From: a virus
Taxonomy: Duplodnaviria > Caudoviricetes
IMG/VR virus record: IMGVR_UViG_3300035107_000641
Location: 1 to 59,488 of that record
Length of the DNA stretch: 59,488 nt
Strand: one strand, 5' to 3'
Of this stretch, positions 1 through 9,252 are shown in pieces (position 1 is the stretch's first letter; each line of letters starts with the position of its first letter). The position numbers and the translations under genes are program-made. The notes under the pieces were generated by a model. The model was not told the origin of the DNA. It saw nothing but the letters and a program-made list of their open reading frames with translations, and did no database searches.

Positions 1-78
1 CTCAGGTCCCCCGTCTTTTTCCCGGTGAGCGGACCCACCGGGATGCTACCGCCTGCGCGCGCCTTCTTCCTGCGCTCC
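1..78. repeat. Terminal direct repeat, left copy (circular overlap)
   Basis: 1-78 is identical to 59411-59488. Confidence 0.97.
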
Positions 79-278
79 CTGAGCGTGAGGTCATGCGCGG
101 CGAGCAAGACGATCACGACGTCATACAGGTCGCCCCACGGCTGCTCGGCCTCTTCCTTCTCGGCGTAGCCAAAGAAGCGCAAGACGCGCGCGGTGTCCGC
201 GGCGTCGAGGTCGGTGATGTCCACCGGCGCGAGCTCGGGCGCGAGGTCCTCGAACATTTGAAGGCGCAGGGTCGACAT
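1..278 (-). CDS. Head-tail adaptor, DUF4054-like (5' part; continues at 59410..59287)
   Basis: Not in ORF track. ATG at 278 overlaps the upstream TGA; manual translation MSTLRLQMFEDLAPEL...LLAAHDLTL...GKKTGDLSESYG...STSYGAKYLELQK, 133 aa across the origin. Confidence 0.8.
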   Translation of the reverse strand, partial: MSTLRLQMFEDLAPELAPVDITDLDAADTARVLRFFGYAEKEEAEQPWGDLYDVVIVLLAAHDLTLRERRKKARAGGSIPVGPLTGKKTGDL

Positions 279-829
279 CAGCTCTCCTTGACGACCCCAG
301 CAGGCAACCCTTCAGGCACGTCCGCGCTCGGCTCACGCAGCGCGCGCAGTTCGGCAAGCTCTTGCTCCATGCGATCGAGTTGCGCGCGAAGCGCCGTGTT
401 CGCGTCGAAGTGAAGCGCCTGCGCCGCGAAGATCTCGTCGTCGTCGTTGTTGAGGTCGAAGATCTGACCGTCCTTGATCCGGCGAGACTTCGAGCTCAGT
501 TGGCGGATCCACGCGCGGTCCATCGGGCCGATGAGCTTGTCGTACATGTCGAGCCGCGCGAGCTGCGAGATCTTGCCTTCGACGAGCCAGCGGCGCTCGA
601 CGCGAGCCGAGAGGCGCACATCGTCCTTCAGCGCTTTCTTCCAGTCTTCCTTCTTGACCATGTTCTCGCCCAGCTTGAGCGTGAAGTCATACTCGAGAGG
701 CATCGGCTCCCCCGGCTCGCCGGGGTTCTTCGCGTGTCGCGTCATCCTCTTGCTGACCCGAAGCGGGTGGGGGAGGTAGTTGTTGACCTGGATGAGATCT
801 GCTCCGTGCGGCTTTTCTACTGCGGGCAT
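278..829 (-). CDS. Hypothetical head-region protein
   Basis: 183 aa ORF directly after the major capsid gene, coupled to the adaptor gene. Confidence 0.7.
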   Translation of the reverse strand: MPAVEKPHGADLIQVNNYLPHPLRVSKRMTRHAKNPGEPGEPMPLEYDFTLKLGENMVKKEDWKKALKDDVRLSARVERRWLVEGKISQLARLDMYDKLIGPMDRAWIRQLSSKSRRIKDGQIFDLNNDDDEIFAAQALHFDANTALRAQLDRMEQELAELRALREPSADVPEGLPAGVVKES

Positions 830-878
830 TGTCTTTCAAGCTCCTTGAAGCGGTTACACGTCGGGCAGGGGTTTAAAG

Positions 879-907
879 CCCGCGCGAGCAATCACGACTC
901 GCGCGGG
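879..907 (-). terminator. Hairpin after the major capsid gene
   Basis: CCCGCGCGAG / CTCGCGCGGG 10-bp stem followed by a short T run on the minus strand. Confidence 0.45.
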
Positions 908-917
908 AGGCTCAGGT

Positions 918-1835
918 TCAGCTCGCGAGCGGGAGCTCGGCGATCTCCATCTCGATGTACTTGTCGATCGCGGCGCCGCCGGTCTTCCCGGTGCAGTTGA
1001 CCTTGTACGCGAGGTTGTCAGGCTGCGGCGCGTGCTGCTTATAGATCTCGCTCGTCTTCGAGCTGCCCACCTTCATATCGAGCGGGTAGATGAGGATGAG
1101 GTCCTCGCCCATGGGACCAGCACCATCGAGCTCGGGCACGCAGCTGACCTCCTCGATCATGTTGTTGCTCTCGGTCCAGAACTTGAGCAGCGTGGTCGTC
1201 GTGTCACCGAGACGGCGCGAGTTCATGTGCCCGTAGGCCAACGTGGGCAAACGGACGACAAACTTTCGCGCGAGCTTCTTCGTCCGAGAGAAGATGTAGG
1301 TGATGGTGTCGTTGAGCATCGTCAGGATGTCATCCGGGTCCACCCCCGCCTCGATGCGGTGAGGGAGCAGCGTGCGCGGCACGTTCGGGTAGTTCGCCCA
1401 ACCGAAGAGCTGTTCGGTGGGATCACCAAAGAACTGCACGGCGTTGTGCTTCTCCTCGGTGACCTGCCTCGAGGTCTCGGCGCGGGTGCGATCAAGCCGC
1501 ATCCCGGTGGCCACCGACGCATCGATCTCTTCCTCGGTGTAGCGATAGGCGCACCCGAAGCGACGGAGGTTGAACGTCTCCTTGCGCGCGACGACGTCGA
1601 CGAGTGGGAGGTCATCGGCGTGATCGCTCAGGAAGTCCGCGATCCCGACCATCTCGTACATCTTGTGCGAGTAGGTCTCTTTCCAAGAGGGGAGCGAGGT
1701 GTCTTGTGGAAAGATCAACTGCGCCGAGCATTCAGGCACCGAGTCTGCGACGACTTCTTTCCTGATGTGCTCGAGCTCCGTGTCAAAGAACTTCGCGGCC
1801 TGCGGCGAGAGGCTATCAAAACGCCAGTTTGGCAT
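918..1835 (-). CDS. Major capsid protein (DUF2184-like, HK97 fold)
   Basis: 305 aa; ADDLPLVDV and FFGD...LFG..NYPNV motifs; position after protease and decoration genes. Confidence 0.85.
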   Translation of the reverse strand: MPNWRFDSLSPQAAKFFDTELEHIRKEVVADSVPECSAQLIFPQDTSLPSWKETYSHKMYEMVGIADFLSDHADDLPLVDVVARKETFNLRRFGCAYRYTEEEIDASVATGMRLDRTRAETSRQVTEEKHNAVQFFGDPTEQLFGWANYPNVPRTLLPHRIEAGVDPDDILTMLNDTITYIFSRTKKLARKFVVRLPTLAYGHMNSRRLGDTTTTLLKFWTESNNMIEEVSCVPELDGAGPMGEDLILIYPLDMKVGSSKTSEIYKQHAPQPDNLAYKVNCTGKTGGAAIDKYIEMEIAELPLAS

Positions 1836-1923
1836 GGTCTCTTCTCCTTACTTTTACCGAGGCTTTGATGGGCCTCATGCGCTCTCTTTTGGGTGACGGG
1901 CAGGGCTTAAACGATGTTGTTAT

Positions 1924-3021
1924 TCAGGGCACTTCGATGACGGCGAAGTTCGCGTCGATGCGGCGAACAAACTTTGCGTTCTCGAGCTTCACGCAGCCCG
2001 TGTTCGCCGTGGCGCGCACGCCCCCGAGCTTGTCCAGGGAGCCGTTGGCGGCGAGGCGGACGTAGACGTCCATGTTCGAGGCGATGTCGGCCTCGACCTC
2101 GACGCGCAGGCGCGCCTTGTCGTACTTGACGCTCATCGGGTAGTTCGCGGGGAACAGCGCGCGCGTGGACCCGGCGGGCACGACTTTGCGCGCGCTCTCG
2201 ACCGTCATCCCGGCGTATGCCTTGTTCAGGTCGGTGTCCTTGCTCGCGTTGCTCGCGTGGGTCCAGACGCCGGTATCGCGCCCGGTCCCAAAGCCTGTCG
2301 AGACCTTGAACGGCTTCCCCGCGAGCTCGGAGGTGAGCACCAGGGCATCGCCGTCCGTATCTGCAAGGACGGTCTCGGCCGGGAGCCTCGCGTTGATCTG
2401 GGTGGCGAGTGCGCCCACCGAGGTCGCCGCGTCTGTCGCCTGGGTGTGCTCGAACTTGTACGCCTGGCCATCGACCTCGATCTCGACGAGCGCATCGACG
2501 CCCGCGTCATAGACGAGCGTGAGGGTGTCTTCCTGCGCCAGAAGGTTCGCAGCCTTGGCGAGCTTGCCGGTCTTCTTCTGGATGTCGTCGTGGATGACGA
2601 TGCGCCCGAACTCGACCGGGTCAGCGACAGCATTCGCTTGCTCCTGCGCGATCGAGAGGTCGCCGGAGTAGACCGAGATGGTAAACGGCTTGCCCCCCTC
2701 GCGCGCCGTGACGAGCAGCTCGTCGGCGTCCTTGGCCTCGGCGATGGCGCCATTGTAGATGGTGTTGCTGCCGTTGATCTTGGCGATGAGCTGATCGCGG
2801 ATCGTCGTCTTCGTCGCGCCAGTTCCCGAGGTGATCTCGGCGGGCACGGAGTTGATCTCCACCCCGTACTTGGTCGCGTCCGTGGCGGTGACGATCGTGA
2901 CGGCCTCGATCTGCTTGGCGCGCGGGTTGTCGTTGATGAGCGTCTGCTCGCGCCCCGACGCGTCGTGGTCCATGCCATCGTACGCCGGGCGGCGATTGAT
3001 ACCGTAGTAGTTTTGACCCAT
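1924..3021 (-). CDS. Capsid decoration/cement protein with two inserted repeat domains
   Basis: Between DUF2213 and capsid genes; PVEFGRIV and VYVR motifs; two internal similar ~80-aa units. Confidence 0.6.
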   Translation of the reverse strand: MGQNYYGINRRPAYDGMDHDASGREQTLINDNPRAKQIEAVTIVTATDATKYGVEINSVPAEITSGTGATKTTIRDQLIAKINGSNTIYNGAIAEAKDADELLVTAREGGKPFTISVYSGDLSIAQEQANAVADPVEFGRIVIHDDIQKKTGKLAKAANLLAQEDTLTLVYDAGVDALVEIEVDGQAYKFEHTQATDAATSVGALATQINARLPAETVLADTDGDALVLTSELAGKPFKVSTGFGTGRDTGVWTHASNASKDTDLNKAYAGMTVESARKVVPAGSTRALFPANYPMSVKYDKARLRVEVEADIASNMDVYVRLAANGSLDKLGGVRATANTGCVKLENAKFVRRIDANFAVIEVP

Positions 3022-3114
3022 TCTCTATGCCTCTCTTTTCTCGCTCGGGTTTTGGCGTACGGTCGCGAGCGCATGGTCGCCGCGACTTATCTCAGGTGCT
3101 CGCGTCTGCTCGCA

Positions 3115-4443
3115 TCAAGCGCTTTTGTTCTTCTTCCAGGCGTTGGAGAAGTTGTTCTGGTAGTCACCCGCATCGTCCTGGCGCTGGCGACGCGAGGGAG
3201 AAGGCGTGGGCGGGGCTTGCCCGTCGTCTTCGAACTCGTAGCTGTCGTCACGCTGCTCGATGCGGTGGAACGCGGCCTCACAGAGCCCCTCGATGTAGAG
3301 GTCCTCGTCGGCGGCGTCCTGGCGAAGTTTCCCACCGATAGAGGCTTGCGCGATCGCGCGCTTGAGCTCCTTGGAGGAGAGCTTCTCGGCCCCATCGATC
3401 TTGTAGTACTTCGCCGCGCGCATGAGCTCGGCCTTTTGCTTTTGGCGCTGCTCCCACTCTTCCTCGGTGAACATGCCGTCTTGACGCTGAGGCTCCTTGT
3501 TCTTGAGCTCTTCGTGCTCGGCGACGAGCGCGTCATAGTCGGCCTGGAGCTTGGACATGTTGGCCTTGAGCTTCTCGTTCTCACCCTCCATGTCCTTCTT
3601 GACCGTCTCCATGTCGGCCACCTGCTCGATGGCCTTGGCCTTCTCGCCCTCGGCGGTTTCGAGCTGGCCCTCCATGTCCTTGCGCCAGGTGTTGATGGCC
3701 TGGGCGGTCGCTGCGTCCTGGACGTCGAGCGCGACGCCGTCGAGATTGACTTGAGGCATGATGATGATCTCCTGCTTGCTGGCCTCGAGCTCTTCTGGCT
3801 TGAGAGGCTCGTTGAGCGCGTCGTGGTAAAACCAAAACTTCTGCTGCGTGGTTTGTGGCTCGTCCCCCTCGCCATCGAGCACCCAGGAGGGGAGCGCATC
3901 GCCCCCGTCCGCGCGCAACGCCACGGACGCGCCGGCGCGTCCGCAAGGCACGATGGCCAGGTGGTTGGGGTCTCGAAAGACCTGGATGGCGTCGTAGTGA
4001 CCGAAGATGCGGTGGCGACCTTTCTCTTCGATGACCTCGGCCTGGTAGCCCGCGGACATCTCGCGCCAGTTGTCTTCCTTGATCCGCTTGATGCCGCGCT
4101 CGTCGTCGACCATGCACTCGACTTCGATGTAGCCATTGGCAAAGCGCGCGCGTTGCAAGGAGGTGCCCACGCCATCGCGGCGGCGGGTTTGGGGCGTGAC
4201 GGGTTGCTTGGGGTGCGGCGCGGTGATCGGGATCAACGCGTAAGAAGCGACGGCCTCAGGGGTGTTGAGGGTCTCGGGCAGGACAAGCTCTCGACGGATT
4301 TTTCCGTTATCGAGCCTGTAGGGGAGCACACCGACCCGGCTAACTCGCGCTGTAAAGATCAGCGAGCCGTTCCGGTGTTCGAAGGAAGGTGGCAACTCGA
4401 ACGTATCGAATCGCCATTGAAGATTTTGGGAGCCCTTTGGCAC
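3115..4443 (-). CDS. DUF2213 head maturation protease/scaffold
   Basis: SRVGVLPY, PITAPHP, EMSAGY, NHLAIVPCGRAG motifs and C-terminal coiled coil; start codon uncertain (GTG 4443). Confidence 0.85.
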   Translation of the reverse strand: MPKGSQNLQWRFDTFELPPSFEHRNGSLIFTARVSRVGVLPYRLDNGKIRRELVLPETLNTPEAVASYALIPITAPHPKQPVTPQTRRRDGVGTSLQRARFANGYIEVECMVDDERGIKRIKEDNWREMSAGYQAEVIEEKGRHRIFGHYDAIQVFRDPNHLAIVPCGRAGASVALRADGGDALPSWVLDGEGDEPQTTQQKFWFYHDALNEPLKPEELEASKQEIIIMPQVNLDGVALDVQDAATAQAINTWRKDMEGQLETAEGEKAKAIEQVADMETVKKDMEGENEKLKANMSKLQADYDALVAEHEELKNKEPQRQDGMFTEEEWEQRQKQKAELMRAAKYYKIDGAEKLSSKELKRAIAQASIGGKLRQDAADEDLYIEGLCEAAFHRIEQRDDSYEFEDDGQAPPTPSPSRRQRQDDAGDYQNNFSNAWKKNKSA

Positions 4444-4518
4444 GTGGCTTGGGCGTCGCCTCCTGGCAACGCTTGAGGTGGACGATCTCGAAAAGAGAAC
4501 CAAAGCACTGAACTTATG

Positions 4519-4728
4519 TCAAGAAGAATCCTGGCGGAGCTGCTCGCGCAAGGTCGCGACCTTGGCGCGCGCTTCTTCATAGGAGAGCTTGCTTTCGATC
4601 TCGATGGGGACTTGCTTGGGCGCCTCGATCCGCATGCGCGTGCGACCCTTGGAGAGCCTGACGAGCGTGATGCGTGCATCGCCAACCCAGACAGAGTCGC
4701 CGTCGTTGAAGTCATGTTCGAATGGCAC
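4519..4728 (-). CDS. Divergent CsrA-fold protein
   Basis: GDSVWVGDARITLVRLSKGRTRMRIEAPKQVPI aligns with the CsrA core [32 protein letters not shown]. Confidence 0.7.
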   Translation of the reverse strand: MPFEHDFNDGDSVWVGDARITLVRLSKGRTRMRIEAPKQVPIEIESKLSYEEARAKVATLREQLRQDSS

Positions 4729-4731
4729 GGT

Positions 4732-7056
4732 CTACTCCTCTTCGGTGGTTTGAGATGCGGCGAGGTGCCCCATCGGGAACGTGAACTTTTGGCCTCCGCG
4801 CACGATGGCGAGGTGGCCAGCCTTGAACGTCGGCCATGTGACCTCCATGGGCTTTACGAGGAGGTCCGGGTCGATACCTTCCTTTGGCGCGCGGTAGCCG
4901 AGCGTGAGGTGAGGGATAAAGTCGTGGTTCTGTCGTGTGAGTTGCCCTCGCTGCTCGAGCGCCGCCACGACCTGCGCCCTGAGCCTGGCGAGCCCCAACC
5001 CCGAAAGGAGCAGCACGCGCGCTATCGAGGCGTCGTTAAAGAACGCGCTCGGCCCTGTGACCCCGAGCGTGAGCACTTCGAGCGTTGGCGCCAGGCTCGC
5101 CATCGTCGCGAGGATGTTCTCGGCCAACCGGTCATCGACGTCGGGGAGGTAGACGAGCGTCAGGTGGAGCTCGTCGAGCGGGATGTCGGTGTAGGGCGCG
5201 CAGCGCTCGGCCCACTCGCTCGGTGGGAAGAGCGCGATCATCATCGACGTGTTCGAGTAATCCTCGCGCCAGTCGAGCGCGTCTGACCGCAGCTGCTCCA
5301 CGTCGGGCGCGGTGGGTTGTGGGGGAGGCGGAGGCGAAGAGGTTTGGTTTCCTGCTGCTTCCTGTACTCGATCGAGCCAAGCGACGGCGACCGGATCGTC
5401 GAGGCCGAGGATCTTCTGGGCCTCTTGCTCTGGGACAGCGAGGAAGAAGCCCGTCATCCCAACGCTCGAGGCTCGCGGAAGTTTTCCCAGAAACATCGAC
5501 TCGGCGATGTCCTTGATGGCCGACATCTGCGCGCCGTTGGGCATCTGCTCCTGCCTGCGCACGCCGCCACCGTCGCTCCCATCACCACCGCCATCATCGC
5601 CTTTGGGCTCGCGGCGCTCGAGCGCGATGTCTGTCGAGAACTCTCCTTGCTCGTAGCGCCGCCGCGCCTCGTCGGGGTCCATGACGCCAAGATCCACCAC
5701 GATCTTGTCAGCTTCGGTGTGGAGCTTTCGGATCTCGGCCTCCTCCTTCGGGCTCGGACGCTCGTGGTCTCCAAAGATCACCTCCCACTCTTCGAGCGCC
5801 TCGCCGCGGGTGGGACCTTCGCTCGCGCGCGAGAGGACATGGACGACCTTGTCGATGGCAGGCTTCCAGAGTTCTTCCTGCTGGCTCGAGATGCCGTCGT
5901 AGTAGTTGCGCTCGCCGGTCTTGTCTGCGGAGTTAAAGCCGGCTGGAGACTGCCCGAGCGCCTTGGTAAGCGGCAGATCTGTCGACAGTGAGTACTGTTG
6001 GCTAAAGACCTCGAAGAGCTCTCGGATCCCCTTGAAGTCGATCGAGCGCGTCTCCCAGTCCTCGTTCTCGGCGTCGACGAGGATCACCCGGTAAATAGAC
6101 TTGAGGAGCTTGACGATGCGGACCCTGTCCTCGAGCGCGGTCTTGCCGGGCGTGTGCCGACTTTGCCCGAACATCAAATCGGCCAGGCCGTGCACCTTGT
6201 GGACGTCATAGACGAGCTCCTGAGTCTTCGAGGCCGCGGTGCTAAACAGCACCCCGAGGTTTTCGATCGTCGCGTAGCTCGCCTCGAGGTGGGGTTGTCC
6301 CCATCCGTCGTAGTAGCTGCGCATCTCCTCGCCGACTTCGCGCCCGAAGAAGGGAATGACGCGTGACTCGTGGATGAGCATGCGCCCGGTGAACGTGACG
6401 CCCTGGAGCGCGAACGGGGTCTCGGGGCGCAGTTCGAAGAGCTCGGTCTCGCCCCACTTTGGCCCGAGCCTGCTCGTGTCGTAGGCGCGCCATGGCTTGA
6501 TCTCGAAGCGATGGAAGACCTTGAGCGCGTCGATGTTTCGCAAGCTGTCGTAATCGATCGGCTCGTCGATCGGCGCGAGGTCATCGCACAGCATGACGAT
6601 GGCGGCGCCTCCATACTTGCGGACGTGGGTGTGCGCCTTCTTGCACCGGCGCTCGAGCTCCAGCGCGCCAAGCGCTTGCTTGAACGGCTCGGTCTTCTTC
6701 CTGGCGGCGTCGTCGTCGTTAACGAGCACGCGGAACCCCGTGCGCGCGGCGTCTCCAACCGGGACGTCGACGACCTTCCTGGCGGACTCCTCGTGCAGGT
6801 AAAGCGCGTCGAGTTCCTCCTTGTGGAGGAACTTCCCGTAGACGGGGCGCGTCCACTGACGCGCGTCGTAGTCGGGGTTGCCCATCCCGCTTATGGAGTT
6901 GGAGAAGGCATCCTCGCGACGCTCGATCCTGGACTTGATCGAGTGAAGTTGGTTCGCGAGCTCGTTGATTTTTGCGACGTCCGAGGCCGCGTCCATGCGT
7001 TGCCCGAGGCCGAGCGCGTTGCGCGCGCCTGCCTTGAGGCGATCGGTGAATCCCAT
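4732..7056 (-). CDS. Portal protein (DUF1073-type) fused to a C-terminal 2H phosphoesterase
   Basis: Follows TerL; portal motifs ALY..ARKVVDVP, IHESRVI, LTKALGQSPAGFNS, NYYD; C-terminal LHLTL and PHLTL motifs; SD GGAGG before ATG 7056. Confidence 0.85.
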   Translation of the reverse strand: MGFTDRLKAGARNALGLGQRMDAASDVAKINELANQLHSIKSRIERREDAFSNSISGMGNPDYDARQWTRPVYGKFLHKEELDALYLHEESARKVVDVPVGDAARTGFRVLVNDDDAARKKTEPFKQALGALELERRCKKAHTHVRKYGGAAIVMLCDDLAPIDEPIDYDSLRNIDALKVFHRFEIKPWRAYDTSRLGPKWGETELFELRPETPFALQGVTFTGRMLIHESRVIPFFGREVGEEMRSYYDGWGQPHLEASYATIENLGVLFSTAASKTQELVYDVHKVHGLADLMFGQSRHTPGKTALEDRVRIVKLLKSIYRVILVDAENEDWETRSIDFKGIRELFEVFSQQYSLSTDLPLTKALGQSPAGFNSADKTGERNYYDGISSQQEELWKPAIDKVVHVLSRASEGPTRGEALEEWEVIFGDHERPSPKEEAEIRKLHTEADKIVVDLGVMDPDEARRRYEQGEFSTDIALERREPKGDDGGGDGSDGGGVRRQEQMPNGAQMSAIKDIAESMFLGKLPRASSVGMTGFFLAVPEQEAQKILGLDDPVAVAWLDRVQEAAGNQTSSPPPPPQPTAPDVEQLRSDALDWREDYSNTSMMIALFPPSEWAERCAPYTDIPLDELHLTLVYLPDVDDRLAENILATMASLAPTLEVLTLGVTGPSAFFNDASIARVLLLSGLGLARLRAQVVAALEQRGQLTRQNHDFIPHLTLGYRAPKEGIDPDLLVKPMEVTWPTFKAGHLAIVRGGQKFTFPMGHLAASQTTEEE

Positions 7057-7067
7057 CAGGTCCTCCC

Positions 7068-8660
7068 TTATCTCTTCTTCTTGAGCCACCGGCGCTTCCA
7101 GGCCTCATGCCTGGCAACCTCCTGAGCTTCCTTGAATGATTTCGTCTCGAGCAGCAGGCGCCGGATCGCGATGCGCGCGGCATCTGCCCTGTCGTCCCAC
7201 TTCCCTCCAGGCACCGAACACACCTCATCCACCCAGTCCTCGATCCAGGGGTGGACCGACTTCGAGGGGAGGATGATCTGACCGTTGGTGAAGAAGTGGC
7301 TGATCGATTCGAGCGCGACGGTCTTGCCACCATCCGCCGTGGGGACAGCCACGATGCCCGGGAACTCGTTGATCAGGACCTCGAGCGCCTGGCGACCATC
7401 GGCGGCGTTCTCAATAAAGATCTGCTCCGCGAGCGCCCATAGCGGCGCGTGCTGCGCGGCGCGGAGCTTGGCGAGCGTGAGGTTCCAGCCCCACTGCCCG
7501 CGCCACTCATCGACGAGGTAGACAAGCCCTGGCGTGGCGTCGGGTCGAAACCAGAGCTGCCCCACGGCGAACGAGCTCTTCTTGCTCTTGCCGTTGTTTC
7601 GAAGGTCCCAGGATTGAACCCAGGTGCCCTCCAGGTCGGGGAGCTGCAACCACCTGAGCTCACACCACACCTTCTTGATGACCCCGCCCTCTTTGGCGAC
7701 GGGGATCTGCTGGTACTGCGTCGCGCGCACATGCGGACGCAACTTCGCCATCTTGTCTTCGGGGTAGCGCTCGGGGAAGAAGTTCTCATCCTCTTCGGTG
7801 CGCGGGTCGTCGGGGTGGTTGTATTCAAACTCCGGGTCGAAGTGGAGCTGGATGACAATGTGCTCGTGCTTCGGGTTCTCCCAGTCCGTCGTCTCGAGGA
7901 GGTAACCCGCGAGGTCGGAGCCGTGTACGCGCTGCATGATGAGCACGCGCGGATCCTCGGCGTTGTTGAGGCGCGAGACGAGGACCTCTTCCCAGATGTC
8001 GATGACGGCGAGCATGCGCTCTTCGACGCGCTCCACTGGCCCCTGTGTCGCCTCCTTGACGTCATAAGGGTCATCGAGGACTTGCTTGTCCGCGCGATCG
8101 CCGGTCACCTTCCCGCCAACGGTCGCGCTCAGGCGGTAGCCCGCCTCGGAATTTGCGAAGTTGAGCTTCTCGTTCTGGTCATGCGCGAAGCTCCAGAACT
8201 CACCCTCCCCGCACGCCGCCAGGTATTCGAGCGTGCGCTGATACCAGTTCGAGCGGATGACATCGCGGCATCGGCGCGAGTCGCGCTTACGCACGGAGTC
8301 CGAGCCCGACAGAAAGAGCGAGCGTTCGACCGGCGCCGAGAGCCACTCCCAGGCAGGCCAGAAGACCGAGACGAGGAGCGACTTCATCGAGCCGGGTGGC
8401 ACACATATGACGAGCAGCTCGAGCTCGCTGGCGGTCACGCGCTCGAGCGCCGAGCAGATCAAATCAACATGCCAGTTCCAGAGCAGCTCGGTCCCCGGCT
8501 CGACGACGTGCCACGCCTGACGCACGAACTCCGCGAGCGAACCACGCGCGGCGATCGCCTCCTCGAGCTCGAGCTGTTCGAGCTCGCGCTGATCGAGTTC
8601 GGCGACCTCGGCCTCGAGGCGCTCGATCTCCCAGTCGAGTTGTACGGCGGCGTGGGTCAT
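7068..8660 (-). CDS. terL: Terminase large subunit
   Basis: VPPGSMKS Walker A, LDDP Walker B, IMQRVH, QSWD, IENAADG, DDRADA nuclease motifs. Confidence 0.93.
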   Translation of the reverse strand: MTHAAVQLDWEIERLEAEVAELDQRELEQLELEEAIAARGSLAEFVRQAWHVVEPGTELLWNWHVDLICSALERVTASELELLVICVPPGSMKSLLVSVFWPAWEWLSAPVERSLFLSGSDSVRKRDSRRCRDVIRSNWYQRTLEYLAACGEGEFWSFAHDQNEKLNFANSEAGYRLSATVGGKVTGDRADKQVLDDPYDVKEATQGPVERVEERMLAVIDIWEEVLVSRLNNAEDPRVLIMQRVHGSDLAGYLLETTDWENPKHEHIVIQLHFDPEFEYNHPDDPRTEEDENFFPERYPEDKMAKLRPHVRATQYQQIPVAKEGGVIKKVWCELRWLQLPDLEGTWVQSWDLRNNGKSKKSSFAVGQLWFRPDATPGLVYLVDEWRGQWGWNLTLAKLRAAQHAPLWALAEQIFIENAADGRQALEVLINEFPGIVAVPTADGGKTVALESISHFFTNGQIILPSKSVHPWIEDWVDEVCSVPGGKWDDRADAARIAIRRLLLETKSFKEAQEVARHEAWKRRWLKKKR

Positions 8661-9031
8661 GGCGCGGGCGCTTCCTCCTCATCGAAGACGCGCAAGGCGG
8701 CGCGCGCGAGCTCGAGGGCCTGGTGCGCAGGGTGGTCTTCTCCCTGCTCGAGCAGGTCCAGGAAGTAGAAGCGGATCGCCTCGGCGCTCGTGATGGCGCT
8801 CGAATACCACGCGTCAAACGGGTAGTGCCTCGAGCCCGAGAAGTGCCCCGTGGGAAGCGCGAGCGTCACGCGCCAGCGGCGATAGACGTCGAGCCGAACG
8901 AGCAGGTGGGCATCGCCCACGCGCGCCTCGACGCGTCCACGCCTCATCGTCCACGTTAGGGTGGGGAAGTAGGTGATGAGCGCGGCGAGCGTCTCGCATG
9001 TCCTGTCCTCGAGCCATCCGGTACGGATCAT
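8657..9031 (-). CDS. Hypothetical protein
   Basis: 124 aa with ATGA overlaps on both sides. Confidence 0.65.
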   Translation of the reverse strand: MIRTGWLEDRTCETLAALITYFPTLTWTMRRGRVEARVGDAHLLVRLDVYRRWRVTLALPTGHFSGSRHYPFDAWYSSAITSAEAIRFYFLDLLEQGEDHPAHQALELARAALRVFDEEEAPAP

Positions 9032-9252
9032 GTCCCGCCTTCTTTATCATAGGCATCCATAAGGCGATGCGCCTCGCGCCTCACCGTTTGATGCGATTTG
9101 ATTTCTGATAAAAGCGAGGTGCACTGCGCGACGAAATCTTCGAACTCGCGCTCGGTCATCGCATCGCAATACAACATGCCGGCATCCTCGAGCGTCAAAA
9201 CAACCTCGCCAAACCGCTCGCTGTATTCGACTGTTGGCTTCTCCTTGCTCAT
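9028..9252 (-). CDS. Hypothetical protein
   Basis: MSKEKPTVEYS...; ATGA coupling to terS. Confidence 0.65.
   Translation of the reverse strand: MSKEKPTVEYSERFGEVVLTLEDAGMLYCDAMTEREFEDFVAQCTSLLSEIKSHQTVRREAHRLMDAYDKEGGT

Noticed and set aside
1-78. Biological terminal repeats of the virion DNA
   Set aside because: The 78-bp repeat falls mid-gene and is of assembler k-mer size; best read as circular overlap.
918-1835. Encapsulin nanocompartment
   Set aside because: Context of portal, protease and terminase shows a phage major capsid protein.
2257-4476. 739-aa plus-strand ORF (likewise 17942..19828, 38816..40393, 55773..57188)
   Set aside because: Antisense shadows of well-supported genes, expected at high GC; no motifs.
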